A stretch of DNA of 63,137 nucleotides, counting the filler, from Blastocystis sp. subtype 4 (taxonomy: Eukaryota): the NCBI RefSeq assembly GCF_000743755.1. It is 3 parts of 3 records of this genome, joined end to end, with 100 filler letters (N's around TTAATTAATTAA, not from the genome) between each part and the next. Parts side by side here need not be neighbours in the genome. Positions count along the whole stretch, not along the records: positions 24,061 to 47,939 come from NW_014569379.1; 2 more parts are not named here. One strand, written 5' to 3'. The stretch's first letter is position 1, and each line of letters opens with the position of its first letter. Position numbers and translations under genes: made by a program. Shown piece by piece: positions 24,840-37,811 of this stretch. The notes under the pieces are model-generated. The model saw nothing but the letters and a program-made list of their open reading frames with translations. It was not told the origin of the DNA and made no database searches.

Positions 24840-26063
24840 ATGACAGAAGAAATTGACCCGATAACTAAAGTGAAAGAGGTACTATGAAGAGAATCGCCGA
24901 TGAGAAATAGTTCCTTTCAGAGGAAAGCAACTACATGAGAATTGCTGACTCTTTATTTGGATCGAAAGGACCAACAAAGTACGATGTAGTAGAAATTAAA
25001 ACCACAAGTGAAGGTAATGGAAGAGTTTTCCGCTTCTTAGTTATAGGAGAGTATAAGAAACGATCCAAGTGTGTGAAGGGAAAGCATTTGGACGCATGGT
25101 TCCGAGAAAAGACTAATCAAGATAGTTGCAAACTTCCTGAGATTGCGGAGGACCAATTGGATACTGTAATTGGTTTGATCATGGAAACTCTCATGGATCG
25201 AAAGCTTATGCACACTGCACGAAAACCAGATAATGCAAAGCGGATCTTTACGGAGAATATCAACGTATGGAATAAAAAGTATGTCTATTCCTGGGACTAT
25301 GATGGACCTGCTGTACGTCATTAGATTTAAGCATCATCCATAGGGAATGCGTTATTTGAAGATTGCTATTACAATTGCGGCGCTCATTGCAATTCCAACG
25401 TATCGTATTTGGCCTGTGTTCCTTCAGGTTTAACTCTTGTATTTTGCTCACTTCTAGAGAATTGTGATGCGGACTACCCTTGCTATCACTATTGGTTTAA
25501 TTGCATTAGAAATAGTTCGTTTCTTGCTTTTCCTTGTCTGTCGTCTCTTTGGTTATAGCATCTGGATTTTCCCTGATTTGGACCGAGATGACAAAGGACT
25601 CTTTGGAGTTTTCTATCCTTTGATCTCAGTTGAAGTAATATATTAATGAGAGACTAATGAATAGAAATTGAATGATGGTCGCAACAAGTATCGTTATACC
25701 ATTCTTGCTATTCTTGTTGCACTTATATCCATCTTTTTGTACAATCCACAACAAGCTATTCGTACTACAAAGACGGTTATTAACACAACGTCGTCATCAG
25801 TTCAATGGGTAAGAAGTGAGTGGATGTCCTTGAAGATAGCTGCTGTTGAATATGTAAAGCAGTTTTCTACTCCTGTTGGTATGAATAAGAAGAATAATTT
25901 ATAGAAAGTGCGAATCGAAACGAACGAGAGGAAAGCACCAGCATATAATCCTGAAGATGATGAAGTCTACGATTTTGATGAAGCTGATGTTGTGGATGAG
26001 GAGGATTTGGTTGATCTTGATGACCTTGAGGATGTGAAACTGGATATTGAATTGGGTGTTTAG
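24840..26063 (+). CDS. SEC62: Translocation protein Sec62 (spliced)
   Basis: KGKHL, YVYSWDYDGP, TM segments, VRFLLFLVCRLFGYSIWIFPDL and an acidic tail. Confidence 0.78.
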
Positions 26064-26078
26064 AAGAAACAAACCAAA

Positions 26079-27213
26079 AGGAAATGGCATGGGTTGTGTC
26101 AATATGTCCATATTGATCGTAAACCAGATTAGTTTCATCTCTCGTAGGTAAAACTGACCTTGACTGAGAACTCTACACATAAAAATACCAGATCATACAT
26201 ACAAGATAATTTAAACACGAGGCAACGAGTAGTACAAGCGTAATCACTGTTTCCCAATATGACATAAATATCAGGTAGACAAACGGATCAGTCATCCCTA
26301 GTACTATGGAGCAGAGAATCAAAGCAACACTGATGTTCAATTCTGCACCAAAACCTACTTCTTTCGATAAATGGCCACTTGAATAAGCAATAGTAGAAAG
26401 AGACAGAGAGCTTCTCCTGACGTCAAAGAAGTGTATAACTAGAGTTTACTCAAAGAGAAAGGAGAAACAAGTGACGAAACACAGTAATTTATCGCAACAA
26501 ATCCTATTCCAGTCACAGGATGATCATGGGATTCCCTATATATCATTGAAATTACAAGGAATCCACAAATAGTGATAAACAATATAGTTACACATCAAAT
26601 AAACCGAGGCTATCAAGAAACCATGAAAGAGAAGAGAGATGAAAATAGAAGTATAGGTCTGCTGCGAGCTTAAGCGCATGTCACGATACGTAATGAAGCC
26701 GATAGAACATATATCAATGATTAAAGGAAAGAGGTCAGAGTGTTGAATAATAGACAGAGGAATCTTGAAAAAATCGATTTCTGTAGTACACTACAGCTCA
26801 AACAAAGCAACTCGGACTCTACACTCCGGTAGGTAAAACCAACATCGGTTTCATTCGTCCCTAGTCTTCTGAACCGTATATAAACCTAGGATAACAAATC
26901 ACAAGTCGAACTACTATGGCAGATATAACGGTATAGATCAAGAATACAACATTTACCATTCGATTCTATAATCACCAACAGCAATTTAGGATAAATGGTA
27001 GATGGAATTCTGTTTGACCCTAATTCCGTGTTTTGTTTGTTCCAGATAGAATATACCTAATTTGTGATGAAAATAGTTCTTCTTTACTATATGAGATGGA
27101 TTCCTTTATTGACTCTTTCCTTCTTTGAAAAAGGTTGCTATACAACAGGAATGTGAAAATGAACTAGAAACAAGCTTAACAATCTCAGTTCTAGAGTGAT
27201 AAGCAGCTTTCAT
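26079..27213 (-). CDS. Hypothetical multi-pass membrane protein (spliced); no nearby genomic stop
   Basis: Several hydrophobic exons separated by ~30-nt introns. The last exon runs into GGTTTGTT at 26068-26075. Confidence 0.5.
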
Positions 27214-27357
27214 TTCTGATAGACAGAGACAAGAGAGATGGTGAAAGATGTGTTCGAATAGAGAATGAATCGAAATCCAAGTTAACGTATTCAGCGAAAT
27301 GGGCGGCTCTGCCGAAATGGCGCAATTCTCAATTGTTGGCAAAGACAAAAACCCTCA

Positions 27358-30300
27358 ATGAAGGAACCATATATTTGGTATGAGTGTTCTTATCCTGGAA
27401 TACCGTCGACCTTTTATGTGAATGTGGAAACGGGAGTTGCATACACAGATCTACCTGAAGATGAGCCAGAGGCATCACTTGTTAAGGAGTTTTCGGTGGA
27501 TGTGGATGTCTGTGATGATTTTCCGTTTTACATATCCTTAGCTTGTTTTTGAATTTGGAGTCTTCTTAATTAGCACTGTTGTAGAGTGAAAAAGATCTAT
27601 ACGAAAGAGAATTCTGGAGAGTTATCTTTACATAAGGATGAGATTGTATTCGTTAAGTCGCTTCCTGTAGACGGATGGGTATTTTCGGAGAATATGGATA
27701 AGGAATGTGGTTATGTACCATTTTGTTGCTTGGATCCGATTTTTCTTCCTGAACATGAGGTAAAGATGGGAAAGGTGATAGAGCCACAATCTACAGATCC
27801 TAGTGTGGATACCGTGACAATTCGACGTCGTAGCATTACATTAGGTGAAAGCCACTCCAAGGAGTATTTATTTTGCTATCTTGTGATAAGTAGCAGCCTT
27901 ACGGACAAGCCTAAGATACGTTCAACAAAACGAACCCATACACATTCTTTGTCGATTCAGTCCTCTCAGTCAGATACTTCGTGTACCCTTTTTAATGTTA
28001 TTTCACTTTAAGCTACTCGTCTAATGCAATCCATGCTTCCTCTATTCATTCGCAAGGTCTTCAGCACCAAACCAGTAACTCCATATGACCTGGTACCTCG
28101 TTTCATTTGATAATGAGAATTAGTGGACTATTGAATTCACTCGTCGAACATTGAATCTCCAAATGTCTCAGTTTCAACGGTTATTACAGGATTGTGGGGT
28201 AAATCCTCAGTTATACAACGAGATGATTGATTTGATGGAAGTAAACATTTTACCAGCATCCGAGTTTATTCCATTAGGAAAGGATGAATCAACACGACGT
28301 AAGGTATTGTCTGGAGATCGAATCTAGATACAAACTCGACCATTTATCATTCAACAATGAACCTCAATGAGACTAAGACTCATTCACGAAAGGTTCCCAG
28401 TTCTCCTCCTCCTCTTCCATCTTCTTCATCAGTAACTCCATCACTTACAAGTAAGACTCTTCCTCTTCCTTCTCTTCCTTCTCCTCCACCTTCCAAACCA
28501 GTCACAGAGATACTTCCTGCTACTCCAATAACCCCTCCATTGGATAAACTTAGCTCAACTGGATCCAGTACTCCTGTTATGGAGAAGAAAGAAACACGAA
28601 GGCAAACCATATCTCCAGAAGTCCCTTGTTCTCTAGCTAGCAGTTTCTTCGTTGATCTGGATTTGTATTCGTTTGTGTGTTATGCCTCCATCTATTTCAG
28701 ACGTGAAAAATCGCGGTTATTCCATGCTTTTACTCTCCAGGATTTGATCACATTCTCAAACCAGGTTCCAATTCAGCCATTACATTGCTTATCTCCTGTA
28801 ACTGTGGCTTCTGTTCTAGATATCGAAAGGAAAGTGTTAATGTACATTAATGCGATTGCTCTCGATACTGAGGAAGATGATGATTCTAGTCGAATGATGA
28901 TATTAGAACAATTGGTATATCAATCGTTAGCTTCTCAAGAAGTATTCGATGAGATTGTGTGTTTTGTGATGAAAGAAACGAATGGCAATCCTGATGAAAC
29001 CAGTCAGATTCTTGCATTCCAATTACTCTACGTATTGTTATCACAACGACGACCTTCTCCGCATTTTTTCAAATATGTGGTGAATTATGTGAATTCCCAT
29101 TTAAAACAAGAAAATGAAATAGGAGGTCTGGCTGTGTGTATCATGGATGAACTCTTGAAAGGGGAATCTCCTCAAGACAATGGTATTCTGAATATTGAAC
29201 GGTTTAAGAGTGCATGTAAGCGCATTGAAACAGCATCCACATTGGCATTACCATCTCACCTATTCAAAGGTGTTTCTATTGAGAGTATTCTTCACATGGA
29301 ATCTACAGCTGAGAAGCTTGTAAGTCATGGTATTATCCCTCCATCAAATGGAAGTTATGCTGTCGAATTCATTCCTCGTTGATGTGAGAATTATGATTGA
29401 TATGTAGCCTCCTGTGCTTTTGAAGACTTCGACTTGTATCAGATGCTTAGTTCATTCTTAGCAGGTGTGGTTCTTCATGTTCGTACTGCTGATAGCAAGG
29501 ATTTCAAAGAACGAATCGTTTATCTGGATCCAACTCTTCTCAAATTGAATTGGATTTCAATTAGTCCTTCCAAAGGAAAGATTCATGTGATTCCATTAGA
29601 AGATATGACTGTGAGTGTGTTAATAACAGGGTGATGAATAGGATGTTGTCCGAGTTGGATCACCTTATCAGGGTCAAGGAATTGAACGAAATGATTTGTA
29701 TGCTGTGACATTGTACACAGTTGATAAAGCTGACAGTTTGGAGTTAGCTGTGATTAGCAGACCTGAACAGCAACGTCTTATGCATTTCTTAAACACACTT
29801 GTGAATTGGTATAAATTGAATCATGAAGGAGAGATCAATGCGTTAATGTGTAAGTATTTGGTTACTGCTGAAGTAAGGAGTGATTCTGTCATTGATAGTT
29901 AGGGTACAATTGATGAAGATAATGAGAAGGAACATCAGTTCTGTAAGGAGATCCGAAAGTCACTCAAAACATATCTAGACAAGCAGCCTCTTCAACCAAC
30001 ACGATTCATCACACTCACATCCGACCTTCAGTCTCCACCGCCTCCTTCAAGAAGTCGTTTTTCGCTTGGTTCACCAGGTGGCTCGTTGAATAGTGGCACA
30101 GGATCTCTTCCAGTCTCACGGAGTGCACGTAATACACAGTCTGGATCCAAACATGGATTTGATTTCCAAGGAGTGAATCTGAATAGTCTGGAGAGTTTAA
30201 AGAAGAACCAATTATTGTCTCCACCAAGACAGAGGGATACGATTGTCCTGTCTGATGTGATGCCATTCCATCATCATGATGGAATTCCAAAAATCTTGTT

Positions 30301-30925
30301 AATGTTGGTCCAAGCATTTGTGGATTGTGAAGCATATAAGGAGCAAGGTATTTTCCGTCTTGCAGCAGATACGGATGATAGGAAGAGTATGCGGAATGAG
30401 CTGGGAGTGGTAGGAATGGACTAATGGGATAAGTCGCAGGGTAATTATCGTTGTATTGAAGGTGCAAGTGCTTTTTTGCTTGCAGAAGAGATCAAAGACT
30501 TTATTCGTAGCTTATCACCTTGTCTTGTTCCTTCTTCCCTCTATAATTCGGTGGTTCAAATTGGCCATCAGGGAAATCAAGCAGATTTGCGAGATGTCTG
30601 GAAGGTGATTGAATCGATGCCTACTACAAACTATTCTGTTTTGATGTATTTACTTACCTTGTTATATAAGGTGTCATTGGTAACAAGCAACAACATGACC
30701 ATCAGTAATCTGTGCATTTGCTTTGCCCCGAATTTGATTCGACCTGAGTAACTGTGATGAAGAAATATGATTCATAGACCCATTGACGGTATGTCCGAGA
30801 ACGATTTGATGACGATGGAAGCGATGCATGTGTCAGATGTGAACTGTTTCTTCCAGTTGGTGTTAGAATCCCTTACAGACCACTTTGATATTGCCATCTA
30901 CAAAGACGACTTCCCTTTCCCTTAG
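27358..30925 (+). CDS. RhoGAP with SH3, MyTH4 and PH-like domains (ARHGAP39-like, spliced)
   Basis: SH3 (ELSLHKDEIV...DGW...GYVP), a Pro-rich linker, MyTH4 (DEIVCFVMKETNGNP) and RhoGAP (EQGIFRL, NNMTISNLCICFAPNL). TAG at 30923-30925. Confidence 0.8.
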
Positions 30926-30936
30926 TGTGTGTTTGT

Positions 30937-31245
30937 TCAACAAGAATAGAATCCTTTCTTGGCTTGTTTTCTAGCTTCTTGATCTTTTCGTGAGAGTTCT
31001 TCGTACACTTGGATATCGGTTGGAGACAACTGTTTCCATTGATCATAGAGTAACTGCCCAACTTCTTCATTCGAGGCTTCACTGTGACTCTTTCGAATCT
31101 ATTCCTAATAGCGAAGAGGATTCATCACTTCGGTTGCATTTTTAGCAACATAGATCATAAAGGCTGTCATTGCAGGACGAATACGTCTGTGATCATTTAC
31201 CATTTCTGTTCTGTTAATAATGGAATCATTATTCAATCCCTCCAT
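30937..31245 (-). CDS. Small HMG-box protein (1 intron; start may be 31203)
   Basis: RIRPAMTAFMIYVAKNATE|IRKSHSEASNEEVGQLLYDQWKQLSPTDIQVYEELSRKDQEARK. Confidence 0.8.
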
Positions 31246-31287
31246 CTGTTCCCTCCATCTCTTGGTATGATAACAAACATAACTCCA

Positions 31288-32904
31288 CTAAACAGACAGC
31301 AAACACACAGTATGGTCACCTAGTTTCAATTGTCTTAAGGACGCTATCTCTTGAAGAGCCTTTGGAAGTTGGAATTGTGTGGAATAAGGAATAAGGATGC
31401 TGGCACTTCGAAGAAGATCTGTTTGCTTAAAACTGTAGACCAATTCAAAGAGAGAATAGTACAATTGATCGAGTTCCTTAAAACTCACGGAATTCCGCAT
31501 ATAGATAGGAGGCTATATGGAAAGTTGAGTGAAAGACGTACATTGGCCAAAATAACGATGTTCTTCTTGTAGGCCTCTTTATTCAATTGAATTGCTTCAA
31601 TCAGTTGTTGAGCACGTGATTCAAAGGATGCTTGTGTAAAACTGATGCTCTAAGTATTATCGAGAACAGCACTTCAGATACTCGAGGAATTTCAGAATCA
31701 CCAGTAAATAGATTTCCTGTATTCTTTTTTGCACAAAAGATGGCCCGAGCTGAGGAATCCGAATTCATGACAGCATAATCTCCTATGAATCACAGTTATA
31801 TCGATCAATAACTCATCAATGGAGCCTTCTCCCGCTCAGCTTCCAGATCCTGAACAAATTGATTAAAGGCATCGACATCATGGCAAGGCCACTTCTCAAA
31901 CCCATGGTGATAATCTTCCAAGAATCGCTTTCTTTGCAGATATGGGAAATCACGTCGAATGACCGAAACAAACTCATCTCCTAGAATTCCTGATCCGCAG
32001 AAGAAATCAAACAGAAGCATGTTGTTCTGTAACAATCCACCTTTCTGGATGGTGTTATAACAGAGAGCAGCAGCAATTGTTTCCTTCAAGGGCGTCTCTG
32101 CTAAGAACTGACGATAACCGCGATTGGAGTCATATCCCACATCAACACTCACAGTGACGTTATCTCGTCGAATCTACACGTAACAAAACTAATGATAATG
32201 ATACCAGAAAGAACACCTTCTTTCGATGAGGAGATCGCACTGTAGTCACTGATTTGGCTAACGATGTGAGTGGAGAGGAGCTCAAAATCATTTCATTCAC
32301 ATCCCTTGGGAAGAACATGTTGTTCTTAATAATTGTCTGAACATTGAGAATCACAAAAGGATGTACGGTTTGCAGCATGAGTTCATCCTCTTTGGAGATG
32401 TATTGTTCCCAGGGAATTTGTTGCAAACTCTGCTCCATGCCACGACGATTTGTCAGGGTGAATGTGCCGACCTTGATACGAGCACTCTCTACATGTAATT
32501 CATACGAGGAATAAAGAGTACCAACCATCCGAGAGCAACACATCATGCGCCAGAACTGTTGATTATCCACTAAGATCATTATTAAACAAAACGAATACCC
32601 ATCAGATCTACACCACCTGAATAATCACGATACACACAAGTAGACTTCGTCCCCACTTTCAATTTGACGAGTTCATATTGAAACAGCGATTCGAACCCTA
32701 AATTATTTACAGAGCGAAGTAAGAAATACCTGGGATTACAGTAGCCCAACAATGGAAGGGTTTCTGAAGAGAAGCACTCACCTTCGACAGCATTCTTGCC
32801 TAATGGATAAAAGAAATCATAAAGAAGCAAACAAGATACGAACCGTAGTTGGGGATACTAGAATAAGCAGAATCGAAAAAAGGTCCTATCTTCCAAAGAG
32901 ACAT
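31288..32904 (-). CDS. THUMP-domain RNA m2G methyltransferase, RlmL-like (spliced; start uncertain)
   Basis: LGFESLFQYEL, NRGYR...ETPLKETIAAAL and DFFCGSG. TAG at 31288-31290 is followed by TGTTTGTT (31272-31279, minus strand). Confidence 0.7.
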
Positions 32905-32948
32905 ATTCATTGGGTATTTTGGCAAACATAGAATAGCCCTCCTATCCT

Positions 32949-34210
32949 ATGAATACTGATGTTTGATGAATACTGAATCTATGACAAGTAGATTGAGAGG
33001 CTTTCACGAGATTTCGTCGATTCCCAACAGCAAGCTAGAATTCGAGTTCAATCCTTGCATAAATTGGAAAGATATCTTGTGAATAATTGTTTGAACTTGG
33101 ATTCACATCAATTGGTAAGTATATTGGATCGAGTGATCGTACTATTCCTTAGTTTTGTTTTGATCGTAGTCTGTATGTTCTGAACTTCTTATTCAAAACA
33201 ATCCCGAGCTGACTTATCCTGTCTTGTCATTTTTGAGTTCTCTCCAACAGACATATGGGAAAAATATCTGTGGAATTGCTTATGAGCTCTATCCTTCCCT
33301 TCTCTTTTGTATTCAGGGAGATGATACAAAACTCTCCAAGCAATGTCACTATTTGATCCGTCGTTTCTTGTTGTCCTCACCCTTTTGTCCCCGATTCTGT
33401 ATAGAATTGGCCCAAGCAGCTCAGACAGTTTCAGTATCTTCTCCAGCAGTCTCCTATCTAGTTGAATATCTGGAAATTCTAGAGTCATTCGATGACAGTT
33501 CAATTCAATTTGGAAAGAAAGCAATGTTGCAAGCATTAGACTACTTGAGACACAAAACTGATGGGCTCAAGAGATATCAAGTTCGGGAAATGATTCAGCG
33601 ATTAAAAGGGTCCTCTTCATCAATCCACAAACCAACCCATCGTAAATCGAAGAGTCACTGGAGTGGTTGGTCTATTTGCTTGTTGAGTAGCTTATCTTTG
33701 TGTGCGTTGTTGTCAACAATTCTGGTGGTGTGGCACTCTCCAAGTGTGTCTTCATCGATTCCATCTCCCAATTTTGATACTGTGATTCCTCTCCAGAAAG
33801 ATCCTGTGGAAACGGTGAATGATAATCCTGTAGTGGAATTGTATGACTTGGACGAGGAAACAACAGATTCGTTACATGACATGTATTCAGACGAAGTGTT
33901 TGTTGATGTTGCCTCAACAGAGGTTGTATGGGAAGAAGACTCTTCTCCTGGTGATATAGTGATTCCTATCATTGTTCTTGTAGCTGTTTTAAGTGGATAT
34001 GAGATTTGTGGGGTTATCTGAGGTTTATAACAAATAGATGTTATGTATCATTCATCTAAGGAATCTTCACATGACAAGAGAAAGACCACAAACCCTCAAC
34101 GGAAGACTGGACGAGAGTTTGGGTTTGATCGAGTTGATATGTCCAGTGTTATGCAGAATGAGGATTCATTATCTGGATCAACCAATCGTGGTTATAACAT
34201 GCGTTTTTAG
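32949..34210 (+). CDS. Hypothetical membrane protein with a helical N-terminal domain and two hydrophobic segments (spliced)
   Basis: The 265-aa ORF 33224-34021 plus flanking exons joined by ~30-nt introns. Confidence 0.55.
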
Positions 34211-34310
34211 TTTGTATCATGACTTGTTTCTTCTTCTTATTCTTGCGCCATAACTGTACCACTTTTGCGACATCCTATTCTGTCATTCTAAACCTTAGAT
34301 TCGAACCAGA

Positions 34311-34570
34311 ATGCCAAGTAGGAATAGGAAAAGATATTTAGAGAATAGTTCCTAGCGAACCAAGTACAATTGTGGAGTATCGTTGTGGAGGTAGTGAGAG
34401 AATAGAAATGAGTGATAAGTAGATTGTGGTAAGATTGTGGAGGTGAAACCTCACGAACCAATCCGTTGCAAAGAATGTGGTTACAGAATCATTTACAAAG
34501 CTCGTACCAAGAGATGTAAATATGATTATATTGATATTAGGGTATAGGCATTCAGTATGAGGCTAATTGA
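34311..34570 (+). CDS. RPB12: RNA polymerase common subunit RPB12, copy 1 (3 introns)
   Basis: [54 protein letters not shown]. Confidence 0.92.
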
Positions 34571-34727
34571 AGTACTTTAGTTCATTTTGTTTATTCAAAA
34601 CATCTTTTTGTGGATAAATTAAGCCAACCCATTTCTTCTTGCAGATTGATAACTCATCGAATCGACTTTCAAACGAATTCCCAAAGAACAGCCGATTTTT
34701 CTACCACTTTTCTTTTTCATTTTCTTC

Positions 34728-34994
34728 ATGAATATGAATGGTATCGATTCTAATCTGGTTTCATTGGATAGCTATCAGTCAGCAAGAGACTGGAGTGAAT
34801 TACAAATGTGGTGGTTGGTTTTAGTGAATGTCGTTCTAAAATGAAGAATGTGGTCGAATTGTGAACCTCCGGGCAGATCAGGTGATTCTTTGTCCTTACT
34901 GTGGTTATCGAGTTGTCTTTAAACTTCCAACCAAGCAGCGTAGGACTATTTTAGAGTTGATTCTGTCGTAGCTCAGCAATATGAAGCTATTTAG
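34728..34994 (+). CDS. RPB12: Divergent RPB12 paralogue, copy 2 (3 introns)
   Basis: MNMNAISQQETGVNYKCGECGRIVNLRADQVILCPYCGYRVVFKLPTKQPQQYEAI*, with introns at positions equivalent to copy 1. Confidence 0.82.
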
Positions 34995-35041
34995 TGTAAC
35001 TAGAAAACATTGTTTGTCTTCATACAAAACACAATAGTATA

Positions 35042-37727
35042 TTACTTAGGGGCGCCTGATGATGGCCTTACAGCATTCCGAGAGATAGGAGGAAGTTCTG
35101 GAGGAAGAGAACTGGGAAGAGGAGGTGGAGTTTTTTTGGTCCTAGCAGGAGGTATTGTTGGAACAAGAGGTGGAATCTTCTTGGCTATAGTAGCAGGTGC
35201 TGTTACCACGGGATGGGTGAACGATTGCTCCATTGAAGGTCGAATGGACTTCTTGGCAAGAGTTGATGGATCCGATGGATATCCTTCCACAATCGACTGT
35301 GAAGGCTTCACGTTGTCCTCAGAAGTTTTGGGAGATGTCTCGATCTTTGGAAGAGTTGTCATCTCCAACTCCTTGGATTTCTGAAGTGGCAGTTCTTTCT
35401 TCCTCGAGCAGCAGCAACAGAATGAACACAATCGGAATAGAATCGAAGCCACCCAAAGTACGATAAGCACCACAATCACAGACATAATTATCCAAAAACG
35501 AGAGGTTACGATCGGTTCTTGTTCAGCAATGTACTCCAACAATACACGGCGTTGAACAATAAAGTCTCCATCGGTAATGGTAACAACCAACGTATCGTTG
35601 AGCTTGTAAATACCTCGAAATGTGATATTCTGCAGGATTGCATGAAGAGCACTAAGAGATCCTTCCAATTCAGTCATCGTATCATCCATATCCTCTCCAT
35701 AATTCCCTTTGATCCAACGCACAGGATTATTTGGATTACTTAATGAGGTATTGACAAAAAAGTATGAAGTTACAGTCTCTAAGCGAAGAATGCCCAATTG
35801 TGTATCACGATCGTAGTCAATAATTGAAAAATCAGTAAATAGTGTAGGCTGATAAAGTTTGAAAGGAATAGAAGAAGGCGTTTCCAATCTACAAATGAAT
35901 CATCGAACATATTGTCACATGGGTTTTGTATTTACATGATGAATAACAATGGTAAAAGTAAATACAGAAGAGCGAATTCCTTTATGAATCACATACATCT
36001 GGAGAGAATCATTTTTCATATTGAGTTTATTCCCATTGATATCCGTCTCTGGGTCCGAAAAGTAATGCAATTCAGATACAAATACAAAGGGGTACGTTTC
36101 ATTAATCACTCCATGAATAGGTTTTTCAATTAGTTCAAATGATACCTCATCATCATGAATAATTGAAGTTGCATTCTGCATAGTTACTTCAAATAGACTA
36201 TCGTTTGCTTCTTCTGCATGAAGAATCATAGAACAAGGAATAAGCGTATTGGTGATATTGTATGTAATAACAGCCTCTTCTGATTCCAAATTCCGTGTAT
36301 CACCAACAACCAATCGAATAGCACAAGTATCTTGTAACAGATCCAATCCTTCATTTCCCAAATACACAACAGTATAATTAAAAGACTGGATGATCCCTGT
36401 AGAAGGAAGGTTCTCAACACTACATTGTGGAGAGATACTAATGATTCGCGTATAGGCCTTATCTTCATCTTCATCATCAATCTCTAAGAGAGTATGATGT
36501 ACTGAATCAGTTGTAAATGAATATGATGCATTGTGAACAATAGGAGCATGATTCAGCCAATCCACATATATTTGAAGGGTCTTCAGAGTGCTTACACCAT
36601 AAGGGTTTGATAGGATAAGAGAGATATTCGTGAAACTACGGTTTATGTCCATATCATTTCATACGGTGTTTCACTGAATTCACCAACAGGTGCTTGATAG
36701 AACAGAGTTGTGTTTGTTAACACCAGTCCATCTGGTGGGAGTGAAGTGAGTTTCGATAAAGAATGTAAATATAGCTGGCCACGATGAGGTAGCGACATTA
36801 ACTTCACGGTTATCGAATAACCAGAGACTAGATTTGTGTGACTGTTCAAGTTGTAGTCATGAATAGGAATATCGATTCGAAATCGACTGTTCATAAGTCC
36901 GTGCACAAAACGAGGCTCAAGAGAAGGAAGAGAGGGAGGAACTGAACAATTGAAGTTATGAGCAATTTGTGTTTCATTCAAGACGTGATCGAAGAAGCCT
37001 AGATAGTACACTTCTCCATTCCATCGAGGGATAAAGGGACCGCCTGATCGAGCAAGAGAACCATACAAACGATTTTGAGGACTCCACAAATCATAGTAAG
37101 TTGGTGAAACGGTACGATTGATAAGGGAAGAACCATTCTTGTAAGACTAAGATCAAAGCTGACAAAAACACCCACATACATATCAGTACCGCTTTGACGA
37201 AATCGAACACACACAACAACATGAACATAGGGTTCAGAATCTACTGGATAAAGAACTAGAGATACAGACCCCGAGGAGGTCCCTGAAAGAAAGAACAATA
37301 TACTATCATAGAAGTGTTGAATAGAAAACACATCTTTATTGTCCCATTGGGCTGAGGTGACCAGGGCCACAGATAACAGTTGAGAGAGCATAAAACTCTG
37401 ATTTTCAACCTTAAGCCACATTTCTAAAGAAAACTCCTTAGTCTGTGTAATTCGCTCATAAACAGAGGCAAACGTTCGATTGCTAGCGAAGGAATAGCTT
37501 GTTTTCAACGGTAGACTTCGATAGCCACTTCTTCCAATACATTGAATGGCTTGACCAATCGATAATGATCCAAACGAAACATTGGGAACAAATTCATGAA
37601 CTTGGAATAATCCATTTTCACATTCAGATTCAAGGAAGACATACTCAAAGAGCTGATGTGTATTATCTCGATCTGAAAACTGCATAGTTGAGCAACTGAA
37701 GAGTAGAAACAACCAAATCAGAAGCAT
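35042..37727 (-). CDS. Type I surface protein: signal peptide, LamG/concanavalin-like domain, cadherin/Ig-like repeats, TM, Cys cluster and Pro-rich tail
   Basis: MLLIWLFLLFS signal, FSLEMWLK, WNGEVYYLGFFDHVL, NHAP, TM followed by CSFCCCC, and a PPPLP tail. Confidence 0.7.
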
Positions 37728-37811
37728 GATCCCTTGATTCTATAGATTAGACAAGAAACCAAAGCCTCAAATCTGATTGGCTAAAGATCACGTTCTGAAA
37801 ACAAACAGAAA

